64,000 bases of DNA from Nitrospirota bacterium (lineage in GTDB: Bacteria > Nitrospirota > UBA9217). The notes beneath the pieces were generated by a model, which was not told the origin of the DNA, ran no database searches, and was given only the letters and a program-made list of their open reading frames with translations. Positions 1-8,213 of the stretch are shown here, piece after piece (position 1 is the first letter of the stretch; the number at the start of each line of letters is the position of its first letter). Made by a program: the position numbers and the translations under genes. The stretch is taken from contig CAVVOB010000038.1 of assembly GCA_963749655.1 (NCBI GenBank), positions 64,001 through 128,000 on the forward strand. The letters are read 5' to 3'.

Positions 1-2
1 AT

Positions 3-188
3 CTCGCCGAATTCTCGCCGATCAGGGGGACTGCTTCGTGGGACCATCTGGTGAAGCAGGGAGTCATTTCCGATGATCTCGACCCGCTGCTCTGCAACAA
101 CACCGTTTTTTCGTACCTCTACTCGGGATACGACTGGAATGCCGTTGAGAAGCTGAAGATCGACGTGAAGGAGTACAACCGCAGGTAG
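3..188 (+). CDS. C-terminal fragment of a probable radical SAM protein (truncated by window edge)
   Basis: Frame from nt 3 reads LAEFSPIRGTASWDHL...DPLLCNNTVF...KEYNRR-TAG. The FSPIxGT motif is typical of radical SAM C-termini. Confidence 0.5.
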   Translation, partial: LAEFSPIRGTASWDHLVKQGVISDDLDPLLCNNTVFSYLYSGYDWNAVEKLKIDVKEYNRR

Positions 189-264
189 CAGGAAGCCGCC
201 GGGCCTCCTGCTTCATCACAAAGAGCGCAAAAGAGAAAGGCCCCTCGTGAGCAGGCCCTTCGGG

Positions 265-441
265 TCACGCTTTGTCGCTCTTCTGCCCGCCTGCCGGGTC
301 CCGTTCCTCCTTCATCGCTTTTTTGAAGGATTGGATGCTCTTCCCGAGCCCTTCGCCGAGCTGCGGCAGACGGCTTGCTCCGAAAAGCACAAGAACGATG
401 ACCAGAATAACCAGCATTTCCGGCATGCCCAGACCAAACAT
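265..441 (-). CDS. tatA: Twin-arginine translocase subunit TatA/TatE (58 aa, not in ORF track)
   Basis: Manual translation [46 protein letters not shown]..., with AGGAG RBS upstream. Confidence 0.9.
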   Translation of the reverse strand: MFGLGMPEMLVILVIVLVLFGASRLPQLGEGLGKSIQSFKKAMKEERDPAGGQKSDKA

Positions 442-498
442 GGATTCTCCTTTTCCCTCGCCATAGCGCTGCTGCGATGCTGCGGCAAGTTCTGTTTT

Positions 499-834
499 TT
501 AAGATAGCTTCGGAACGGCTGCCGCAGCTTCCGCTTCGGCATCGCCCTGTGCATGCTCCGTTTCCCCGTATTCATTTCCGGGAACGCCCCTCGGCACGAT
601 CTGTTCCCGGCTCGCGATCTCATGGGCGGTCGGCGCAAGTTCCTCGACCCGGGCAGTTTTTTCGACTGCCTTCATTTCTTCCTTCACGGAGTCCTGAAAT
701 TCCTGCGACGCTTTTTTGAACTCCGCCATTGCGCGACCTACCGATCTGCCGAGGTCGGGAAGCCGTTTGGGGCCGAAGACGAGCAGGGCGATCACGCCGA
801 TGACGAGCAATTCCGGTATTCCGAGTCCGAACAT
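499..834 (-). CDS. TatA/TatB family translocase subunit
   Basis: MFGLGIPELLVIGVIALLVFGPKRLPDLGRSVGRAMAEFKK is the TM helix + FGP hinge + amphipathic helix pattern. Confidence 0.88.
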   Translation of the reverse strand: MFGLGIPELLVIGVIALLVFGPKRLPDLGRSVGRAMAEFKKASQEFQDSVKEEMKAVEKTARVEELAPTAHEIASREQIVPRGVPGNEYGETEHAQGDAEAEAAAAVPKLS

Positions 835-947
835 GGATGATTCTCCTGTTGAAGCAGCGGTCGTTCCTGCGTTTGTTCACGACGGCTGCGGCGAAAATGA
901 CGGGCGGGCGAACTGCCCGCCCGTCGATGCGATCCCTTCCGGCAAGC

Positions 948-1736
948 TTACGACTTTGCAGCAGGGGGCGCCGGAACATTGGCGCCGTGGCACTCGGTGC
1001 AATTGTTCTGAGACGTTATGCCGTTGTTCAGCACATTCGCCAGGGGCTTGTTGACCGGCGTGTATTTGCCGCCCGCGGCATGCCATGTGTTGAGCATCTC
1101 GACGGTCTTGTAGGCGATCGTCGCGGCGACGCGGGCGCACCGCTCGGCCCGTTCATTCGTGAGAAACGCCACGTTCTCCGCTTTCATCCATTTGCCGACG
1201 GAAATGTGGCACACCGGGGTGTCCGCCTTGGTTGTCATTCTGATATCGGCCTTGATCGCCTTGGCGGGCTTATAGACCGGCAGCACGGTATTGGCATAGT
1301 AGGTCATGATGTCGTTGCTCATTGCCTCGGCAGTGTCGATATTGCCGGTGATGAGGCCCATTGCGATGCTGGCCCCGACCGGCGATCCGCAGACCGTGCC
1401 CCATCCCGCAATGCCGCCGTGGGCCCACCGCATGGACTCGACAGGGAACGATTTGTAGGGGTCGCCGACGCTTTTTGCGAGCGGGGTAAAGATGCCCTTC
1501 AGCACGGTGGAAGCGCACCACAGGTCGAAATAGTTCTCGTAGGCGATCTTCGCCGCCTCTTCGGGGTTGACCGGCTTGTACTGCCAGGTTTTGTATCCCT
1601 CGACCTTGGCCAGGACGATTCCGGGAACCGCCGATGAAAGCGCCGTGATGCCGGCGACACTTACCGCGCACTTGCCTGCATTGATAAGAAGACTTCTCCT
1701 CGACATCTCTGTATCAAGTATCGTATTCTCTTCCAT
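948..1736 (-). CDS. Split-Soret cytochrome c / C-GCAxxG-C-C family protein, Tat-exported
   Basis: SRRSLL Tat motif, HGGIAGWGTVCG, PVCHISV, RAERCARV and C-terminal CTECH. Confidence 0.8.
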   Translation of the reverse strand: MEENTILDTEMSRRSLLINAGKCAVSVAGITALSSAVPGIVLAKVEGYKTWQYKPVNPEEAAKIAYENYFDLWCASTVLKGIFTPLAKSVGDPYKSFPVESMRWAHGGIAGWGTVCGSPVGASIAMGLITGNIDTAEAMSNDIMTYYANTVLPVYKPAKAIKADIRMTTKADTPVCHISVGKWMKAENVAFLTNERAERCARVAATIAYKTVEMLNTWHAAGGKYTPVNKPLANVLNNGITSQNNCTECHGANVPAPPAAKS

Positions 1737-2015
1737 GGATTATATCCTCCTGATAGGGTTAGGGGCCGACCGTCCGGTGCTGCACGGAACGGACCTGTTG
1801 CATGGGAGAAACATTCGGAGACGCGGAAAAATGACTCCGCTCCCGTCATATCATCATGTGCGGGCATGAGAATGCGGATATGCCGAAGCGGAGCCGAGCT
1901 TAAAGGGGAGGAATGCCCCTGAGGGACAGTCCGTGCGCGAACGCATGCACGCACATGCGCAGGCGCAGTTGTGATGAAAGCTCTCGACTTCGGTTTTGGG
2001 ATGAGGCGCTTGAGA

Positions 2016-2300
2016 TCAGGCTTTTGGCGGACGTTCGTCCAGAGAAACAAACAGGGAAGGCTTGAAGGGGATGACCGTGATTGCCGCTGCTGCGCTCTGC
2101 TCGAGCGGCGGGTGCATGCAGGGGCACTCATTCATGCACGGCATGTCTCCGTTCGACGAGAGGGCCGGCATTGCCGAGTGGCAGACGTCAAGGGTCCCGA
2201 GGACCGCGTGGTTCCCGTTGCCGGAGAAAGCCGGCATGACGGGCGGGATGATAATGCCGAGGACGATCGAAAAAAGGATGAGAACTGCCTGACATTTCAT
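2016..2300 (-). CDS. Small DUF2946-like leader protein (signal/TM, Cys-His cluster, C-terminal ERPP)
   Basis: MKCQAVLILFSIVLG...LDVCH...PCMNECPCMH...SLDERPPKA; start chosen from promoter geometry. Confidence 0.6.
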   Translation of the reverse strand: MKCQAVLILFSIVLGIIIPPVMPAFSGNGNHAVLGTLDVCHSAMPALSSNGDMPCMNECPCMHPPLEQSAAAAITVIPFKPSLFVSLDERPPKA

Positions 2301-2307
2301 GGTCGCC

Positions 2308-2336
2308 ATCATAGTGAGAACGAAATATCCTGTCAA
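2308..2336 (-). promoter_or_regulatory. Sigma70 promoter of the leader peptide gene
   Basis: TTGACA-17 bp-TATGAT on the minus strand, with the ATG 7 nt after the -10 box. Confidence 0.75.
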
Positions 2337-2498
2337 CGTAAAGTTCCAATTTGAGAATAATGGTTAGTCGCCGTTTGCGGCTTGCAAGGTCCTGCTCACG
2401 CCCTTTTTCGTTTGTCATGATCATTCGCACCGGTGATCGCACCCTGAGCCGGTCGGTTTCAAACGACAGGGCTGGTGCAGCCAACGGAGACGGACACC

Positions 2499-2527
2499 TG
2501 GACACCGCCGAAAGCGCACGGTATAAT
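2499..2527 (+). promoter_or_regulatory. Sigma70 promoter of the NosL-like gene
   Basis: TGGACA-17 bp-TATAAT. Confidence 0.65.
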
Positions 2528-2559
2528 AGGCTTCGCTGTAACAACTTCAGGGAGGAACG

Positions 2560-2997
2560 ATGAAACATTTCTTCGGAAGCTTATTGTTTCTGACGGTGAT
2601 GGCTCTCCTGCCGTCCGGGGCCTGTGCAGACAACTGCGGGTCCGGTGCAGCGAAGATCACGGAGGCGGCGAAAAAGTTCTCCGTCATTGTACCGCGCTCG
2701 GCCGGCCTGGGCGAGCAGTCCTACGACGACATCGGCTGTGCCGTTGTTGCGAGGAACGGAGAGTGCGCGACCCGCCAAGGCATGTTCGACAGCGGAGCAA
2801 TTGTTCGCGACTATTCGACAGGCGAGGATCTTGCCACGGAAAAGGCCTTTTTCGTCCTGAGGACCGATGTACAGACGCCGCAAGGCTACGGCATCGCGGC
2901 GTTCAAGGACCGGGCCGGGGCGGAAAAGTTCTCGGCAGACCACGGAAAGGGCAGTGTGGTCAGATGGTTCGAGCTGGTCGATGAAAAGCTGAAGTAA
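2560..2997 (+). CDS. NosL-like exported metal-binding protein
   Basis: Signal peptide, DDIGC, and AFFV...TPQGYGIAAFKDRAGAEKF...HG resembling the NosL C-terminal motif. Confidence 0.65.
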   Translation: MKHFFGSLLFLTVMALLPSGACADNCGSGAAKITEAAKKFSVIVPRSAGLGEQSYDDIGCAVVARNGECATRQGMFDSGAIVRDYSTGEDLATEKAFFVLRTDVQTPQGYGIAAFKDRAGAEKFSADHGKGSVVRWFELVDEKLK

Positions 2998-3033
2998 CGA
3001 AGCGCGGCGAAAAAACGCAGAGGGGAGGAATCC

Positions 3034-3306
3034 ATGATCGACAAAAAACCATCTCGCCTGAAACGACCTCGCTATCCAATGCCTCCTTTCGTCCGGAAGG
3101 CCCTGGTCAGCGGCAACCTTATGGCCGCCTACAAAAGCCGGCCGCCCTACCAGCAGAACGATTACATCGGCTGGATCAAGCGCGCGAAGCTGAAGACCAC
3201 ACAGGACAAGAGGCTGGCCCAGATGCTCGATGAGCTGGAGCGCGGAGACCGGTACATGAAGATGGCGTACCGGCCGAAAGCGGCCAAGGGAGCGCCTTCA
3301 CAATGA
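3034..3306 (+). CDS. YdeI/OmpD-associated family protein
   Basis: RPPYQQNDYIGWIKRAK...KRLAQMLDEL motif. Confidence 0.8.
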   Translation: MIDKKPSRLKRPRYPMPPFVRKALVSGNLMAAYKSRPPYQQNDYIGWIKRAKLKTTQDKRLAQMLDELERGDRYMKMAYRPKAAKGAPSQ

Positions 3307-3318
3307 TATCCGCACTGC

Positions 3319-3894
3319 TCAGGGCTTCAGCTTCTCCTTGTATTTCACCCCGTCCTTCCAGGCATTCCCCACCTGTTCTCCGAGGGCCCAGAACCGGTTG
3401 TCCGGCATGGTGAGCAGGAAGGGCCGCATTTTTTTCGGGTCCGCCTTTTTGTCGGTCAGGTACCGTTCTTCCGAATAGATGTTGCTGATCTCGCCGATGA
3501 AAAAGCTGTTCGTGGGAAGTTCCACGGTCTGCACCACCCGGCATTCGATGTTCAAGGGGCAGGCGGTTATCATGGGCGCTGCCTTGAGCTCCCCGTAGAA
3601 GACCTCGAAGAGCGCGGACTTGTCCGTGCTCTTTGCCGACGTGATGCCGCAGTAATCGGTAATCGCCACCATGTCCGTTGACGGGACGTTCACGCTGAAC
3701 TCGCCGGTCTTGTGGATCGCCTCGTTCGTTACATGCCCCTTGCCCACGCAGATGCCGAGCATGGCCGGCTGGAAGTTTACCCGGGTGAGCCAGTCCAGGG
3801 CCATGAAATTGACCTTGCCTTCCACATGGCTGCCCAGCAGGGTCTGGGTCCAGGGAAGGCAGAAGAGGTTCTTGTCGACTGTGATTTTGGTCAT
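3319..3894 (-). CDS. Flavin reductase (flavoredoxin-like) family protein
   Basis: GKVNFMAL, TGEFSVNVP, APMITACPLNIECRV; GGAGGA RBS before ATG 3894. Confidence 0.88.
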   Translation of the reverse strand: MTKITVDKNLFCLPWTQTLLGSHVEGKVNFMALDWLTRVNFQPAMLGICVGKGHVTNEAIHKTGEFSVNVPSTDMVAITDYCGITSAKSTDKSALFEVFYGELKAAPMITACPLNIECRVVQTVELPTNSFFIGEISNIYSEERYLTDKKADPKKMRPFLLTMPDNRFWALGEQVGNAWKDGVKYKEKLKP

Positions 3895-3972
3895 ACGTCC
3901 TCCTGGGATAGATTGAAGATCATAGAATGAGAATACCATAAAAAGGGTGCCTGTGTTTCTTATCGAATCGAT

Positions 3973-4452
3973 ATGGAGCAGGTTGAAAATTGCTATAATT
4001 CCTTCATGGAACAGGAGCACAAAAGGAAAACCAGCTTCCAACCCTTTATGCGTCTATCCGGAGCATTCTGTCTCCTTGCAATGGCGGTCCTGCTGGGCAG
4101 CTGTTCTTCAGAACCGTCCGACAGGAGGGCCAGGGCCGATCTGCAGAAGTGGTTTGAAAACCGCTGGTCCCGCACCGTCGTGATCATGGAACACGAAGTG
4201 ATAAACAAAGCGTCGAGCAACGGGAACTACCTCGTAGAGTACCGGGCGAAGGCCCGGTTCATCAGGGACGCGAGCGGCTGCGTCCTGACGTGCTGCGGCG
4301 AAGTTTGTTTCGACAAGCTGGTCGACGGATTCAAATGGATCGAAAAGACATCAGGCGATCCCCGCGTTATCCGGAAAGGAGATACATTCGAAACGCGGGG
4401 AAAAAGGACGTATACGAAAACCGGAGGAGGATGGCAGTGCGAAGAAATGTGA
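3973..4452 (+). CDS. Hypothetical lipoprotein (true start may be 4006 or 4048)
   Basis: Lipobox LLGSC and Cys cluster GCVLTCCGEVC. Confidence 0.6.
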   Translation: MEQVENCYNSFMEQEHKRKTSFQPFMRLSGAFCLLAMAVLLGSCSSEPSDRRARADLQKWFENRWSRTVVIMEHEVINKASSNGNYLVEYRAKARFIRDASGCVLTCCGEVCFDKLVDGFKWIEKTSGDPRVIRKGDTFETRGKRTYTKTGGGWQCEEM

Positions 4453-4468
4453 TCACGAGGGAAGCCCT

Positions 4469-6226
4469 ATGAGAGACTGGAGAGCCCTGCTCGCGCGAAT
4501 GTTGCCCGCCGCAGGCTGGTGGCCGCAGGTGAACCAGCGAACGCTGAAGAGCGACCTGATGGCGGGCCTTACCGGCGCCATCATCGTCCTGCCGCAGGGC
4601 GTGGCCTTTGCCATCATTGCCGGCCTGCCGCCGGAGTACGGTCTCTATACCGCGATCGTCCCCGCCGTCATCGCCGCGCTTTTCGGCTCGTCCCATCACC
4701 TGGTCTCCGGTCCGACCACGGCCATTTCCATCGTGCTCTTCACGACCGTGAGTCCGCTGGTGCAGACCGGCACGACCACCTACATCGAATTGATCCTGAC
4801 CATTACGTTTCTGGCGGGCCTGTTTCAGTTTGCGCTCGGACTCGCGCGGCTCGGCGCGCTCGTGAACTTCGTGTCCCATTCCGTGGTGGTGGGGTTTACG
4901 GCCGGCGCCGCGCTCCTGATCGGCACGAGCCAGCTCAGCAATTTTCTCGGCGTTCCCGGCTCCAAGCGCCATGCCTTCATCCATGTCTGGGCCGACCTGC
5001 TTCAGCATGTTTCAAGCATCAATCCCGTTGTCCTGGCAATCTCCGCGACAACGCTCGTATTCGCGCTGCTCTTTAAGCGATTTCTGCCGAGGATGCCGGG
5101 CTTGCTCTTTGCCATGGTCATCGGCAGCCTGCTGTCGCTCGTTCTGAACGGAAAAGAACACGGAGTGCGCCTCGTGGGATCGCTGCCCGCACACCTGCCG
5201 CCGCTCTCGCTGCCCGATCTCTCGACGGCGAACATCCGCAGCCTCGCTCCGCCGGCGCTGGCAGTCGCCATGCTCGGCCTGGCAGAAGCGGTTTCCATCG
5301 CCCGCGCCGTCGGCACGAAGTCGCACCAGCGCATAGACAGCAACCAGGAGTTTATCGGTCAGGGCCTGGCGAACATGATCGGCAGCTTCTTTTCGAGCTA
5401 CGCATCGTCGGGCTCCTTCACCCGCACGGGTGTGAACTACGATGCCGGCGCGAAGACGCCCCTGGCCGCCGTGTTCGCGGCGGCGGCGCTCATGCTCATC
5501 CTGCTTTTGATCGCGCCGCTCACGGCTTACCTTCCGATCCCTGCCATGGCCGGCGTTCTGCTGCTCGTGGCCTGGAACCTCGTCGATTTCCACCACATCG
5601 CCACGATCATCCGGACGAGCCGCCAGGAGGCCGCGGTGCTTGCGGTGACCTTCGTTGCCACCCTGCTGGTGGAGCTGGAGTTCGCGATCTATGTCGGGGT
5701 CATGCTCTCGCTCCTGCTGTATCTGAACCGCACCTCTCATCCCGGGTTCGTGACGCTCGTGCCCGAACACCAGGACGATCACCAGCGCTTCATCAACATC
5801 GAACGGAAAAACCTGCCTGAATGTCCGCAGCTCAAGATCCTGCGCGTAGACGGCTCTCTTTTCTTCGGCGCGGTGAACCATTTTGCAGAAGAGCTGCGCA
5901 CCATAGCGAAGGAAAGCCCTGAGCAGGCCCATATCCTGATCGTGGGCGGAGGCATCAACTTCATCGATGTGGCCGGCTGCGAGACCCTTGCCAACGAGGC
6001 GCACCGCCTGCACATGGAGGGAAGGAAGCTTTACCTCTGCTCCCTGAAAGGCGAGGTGGTCGAAATGCTCCATAACGGAGGGTACATCGACCGCATCGGC
6101 GCAGAGAACATCCTCGGCTCCAAGAAGGCCGCAATCGCTGCGCTCGTTCCCCGTCTCGATCCGGAGCGGTGCCGGGTCTGCAGCCGCCGGGTGTTCGACG
6201 AGTGCCGGTTCATGCCCGGCGCGTGA
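4469..6226 (+). CDS. SulP/SLC26 anion transporter with STAS domain
   Basis: DLMAGLTGAIIVLPQGVAFA, GLYTAIVP, SSGSFTRT, STAS (GSLFFGAV...FIDVAG), C-terminal CxxC-x7-C. Confidence 0.93.
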   Translation: MRDWRALLARMLPAAGWWPQVNQRTLKSDLMAGLTGAIIVLPQGVAFAIIAGLPPEYGLYTAIVPAVIAALFGSSHHLVSGPTTAISIVLFTTVSPLVQTGTTTYIELILTITFLAGLFQFALGLARLGALVNFVSHSVVVGFTAGAALLIGTSQLSNFLGVPGSKRHAFIHVWADLLQHVSSINPVVLAISATTLVFALLFKRFLPRMPGLLFAMVIGSLLSLVLNGKEHGVRLVGSLPAHLPPLSLPDLSTANIRSLAPPALAVAMLGLAEAVSIARAVGTKSHQRIDSNQEFIGQGLANMIGSFFSSYASSGSFTRTGVNYDAGAKTPLAAVFAAAALMLILLLIAPLTAYLPIPAMAGVLLLVAWNLVDFHHIATIIRTSRQEAAVLAVTFVATLLVELEFAIYVGVMLSLLLYLNRTSHPGFVTLVPEHQDDHQRFINIERKNLPECPQLKILRVDGSLFFGAVNHFAEELRTIAKESPEQAHILIVGGGINFIDVAGCETLANEAHRLHMEGRKLYLCSLKGEVVEMLHNGGYIDRIGAENILGSKKAAIAALVPRLDPERCRVCSRRVFDECRFMPGA

Positions 6227-6303
6227 GCTGAAGAATGAGTCGTAGATGCCGCTGCCGGGCAATCCCGCGCCTTGGCATCCCCCGACTCCTGCCGGGGGTG
6301 GAA

Positions 6304-6460
6304 AGCGCTCACTCGCGCGTGACACGAACGTGTCACGCATGCGCGAGTTCGCAGTTCCACCTGGCACTCCGTGCATCCGCACTCGTAAACGCCGGGTGCA
6401 GGCGGGAGGTCGCTACGATTTAGAGTCCCGACAGGTCGGGATGCTGGAGGGGGCTCCACT
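6304..6460. repeat. Structured direct-repeat element, copy 1 (55-bp core 6304-6358)
   Basis: AGCGCTCACTCGCGCGTGACACGAACGTGTCACGCATGCGCGAGTTCGCAGTTCC identical to 7345-7399; shared CGGGAGGTCGC and GGAGGGGGCTCCACT blocks. Confidence 0.9.
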
Positions 6461-6467
6461 TCAATCC

Positions 6468-7223
6468 TTATTCAGCGAAACCGAACAGCACGCTCTGAAT
6501 GATCTTCGTACCTTTGATCATCTGTCCCGCGGTTAAGTACACTCCTCGAATTCTATGAGTCCTTTTTCGGTGCTCTCTGGCATGTTCTTCCGACCGGAAG
6601 AAGACCGTCTCCTTTCAAAATGCGTTGATGATGCTCTCGTCCTGCAGGGTCAGAAGATCCACGTCCGGAATGAAGACCATAGGCGCCCGGCCCCCGTCCT
6701 TGACCGTGAAATTGAGATCGCTGTCGATCGTCAATTCCATCGGCTCCTTGCAGTGAGCGCATTCGGTGCGCACCGTGACGGTGATCGGCTGGTTTCGTAA
6801 GCGCCCTTGCACGAAGGGCGTTGCAAATGCATCCGCTGCTCAGGCCGCGTACACCTGCTCGCCGGTGCTGAAGGTAAGGTGATGGGGGGTCTTATCCACG
6901 GTGACCGGGTATGCCCAGGTAACGGCTCCCTCCTTGTTCCTGAACAGGAAGGTCATGTGTTTCTCCAGGTCTTCCAGGAGGCGCACGACCCGGTCAGGGG
7001 GCAGGGACAGTTTTTGCGAAATGAGCCCGGGGCTTAATGGCTTTCCCGTGCGCGGCAGCTCCGCAACCACGAGATGGTGCACACGGCGATGGTCCGTTGT
7101 CATGAAGCCCATGGCTGCCTCAAAGCGCATCTTCTGGCGAAGGAGCTTCTTTTCCGGGTCCACGAGAGCGGACGGGATACTCAGCATGTACTTCCATAAT
7201 CCAAGCATGATTCGGTTCTTCAT
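6468..7223 (-). CDS. MerB-like organometallic lyase, probable double selenoprotein (251 aa; Sec128, Sec203)
   Basis: One frame from ATG 7223 (AAGGAGGT RBS) to TAA 6468 with TGA at 6840-6842 (VYAA-U-AADAF) and 6615-6617 (INAF-U-KETVFF); WAYPVT..TPH MerB-type segment; ECAHC; hairpins after both TGAs. Confidence 0.82.
6585..6602 (-). promoter_or_regulatory. Putative bacterial SECIS for Sec203
   Basis: UUCUUCC-GGUC-GGAAGAA hairpin starting 12 nt after UGA. Confidence 0.7.
6802..6820 (-). promoter_or_regulatory. Putative bacterial SECIS for Sec128
   Basis: CGCCCUU-CGUGC-AAGGGCG hairpin starting 19 nt after UGA. Confidence 0.62.
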
Positions 7224-7344
7224 TTGTACCTCCTTTGTGCAATGCAATCACGAAACTCTAATATCGAAATTCTAAACAAGGACAACTGCATGAGTCAAAG
7301 GCATCTCGCGCAAAGCCGCAAAGGGAATCCGGAATTGCCGTATG

Positions 7345-7453
7345 AGCGCTCACTCGCGCGTGACACGAACGTGTCACGCATGCGCGAGTTCGCAGTTCCG
7401 GGAGGTCGCGTTGTTCGAGGGAGCCTCCGGCTCCTGCCGGAGGGGGCTCCACT
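7345..7453. repeat. Structured direct-repeat element, copy 2
   Basis: Same 55-bp core and terminal blocks as 6304-6460 but lacking about 45 nt of internal sequence. Confidence 0.9.
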
Positions 7454-8007
7454 CATCCTGTTTGAAAAACCTGCTTCTCCCACCCTCGCCGCGAATACTT
7501 CCTGATGAGCGCGATCTCCCGGGCGGGAATGCCGAGGGATTCGAGAAAGTCCTGGTGCGCGTCGGGGGCGAGCCTCTCGAATTCTGCGTGCCATTTGTTC
7601 CTGGCAGCCTCGTCCAGCCCCGCGGTCTCCAGCAGCTTTATCCAACTCTCCTTGTCCATGACCCTGATCCGTGACAGGGCGCGATCGCTCTTGAGCAGGG
7701 TCACGATGAAATGCTGCTGGGTCCGGAGCGCGCGGATCTCCCGGCTCAGCTCATCGAGCCGCTTCTCGAGGAGCGGGACGATGCCCCGGTTGCCCCTCGT
7801 TTTCATAATCCTGTTGATGTCCTCGAGGGAGAGCCCGGTCCGGCGAAAGGTGCAGATCTGTTCCAGCCTGAGGCGGTCCGCTTCGGTGTACGTACGATAA
7901 TTTGCATTGCTTCTACCGGATGGCGAAAAAAGGCCGATCGAGTCATAGTAGAGCAGCGTGCTTCGGGATAGTCCGAATTGTTTTGCCAGCCGGCCGATGG
8001 TATACAC
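7453..8007 (-). CDS. MerR family transcriptional regulator
   Basis: GTG start after CAGGAGG; YTIGRLAKQFGLSRSTLLYYDSIGL...NYRTY HTH; C-terminal WHAEFERLAPDAHQDFLESLG. Confidence 0.92.
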   Translation of the reverse strand: MYTIGRLAKQFGLSRSTLLYYDSIGLFSPSGRSNANYRTYTEADRLRLEQICTFRRTGLSLEDINRIMKTRGNRGIVPLLEKRLDELSREIRALRTQQHFIVTLLKSDRALSRIRVMDKESWIKLLETAGLDEAARNKWHAEFERLAPDAHQDFLESLGIPAREIALIRKYSRRGWEKQVFQTG

Positions 8008-8031
8008 GGTTGCCTCCTGCACCTGGAGTCT

Positions 8032-8062
8032 AGCATAAACCATGAAGTAATAGACAGGTCAA
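8032..8062 (-). promoter_or_regulatory. MerR-type promoter with 19-bp spacer
   Basis: TTGACC-19 bp-TATGCT with imperfect ACC...GGT dyad over the spacer. Confidence 0.72.
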
Positions 8063-8213
8063 GTTCTTTGTTTGTGGAAAACGAAGAAGGACCGGTGGTA
8101 AGCTTAAGAAAGCTACTGAAGGATATTGGTTTCCTAGTTTCTAATCTTCTTGACTATGCCGTGAGCGCCGTGCTATTCTTGCCTATTCTATATATTATAG
8201 AAGGAGAAATGAA

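Noticed and set aside
6840-7247. Reading the merB-like locus as a pseudogene or two small genes
   Set aside because: Both interruptions are TGA in frame at catalytic-Cys positions with downstream hairpins, whereas the other gene breaks in this window are mostly indels.
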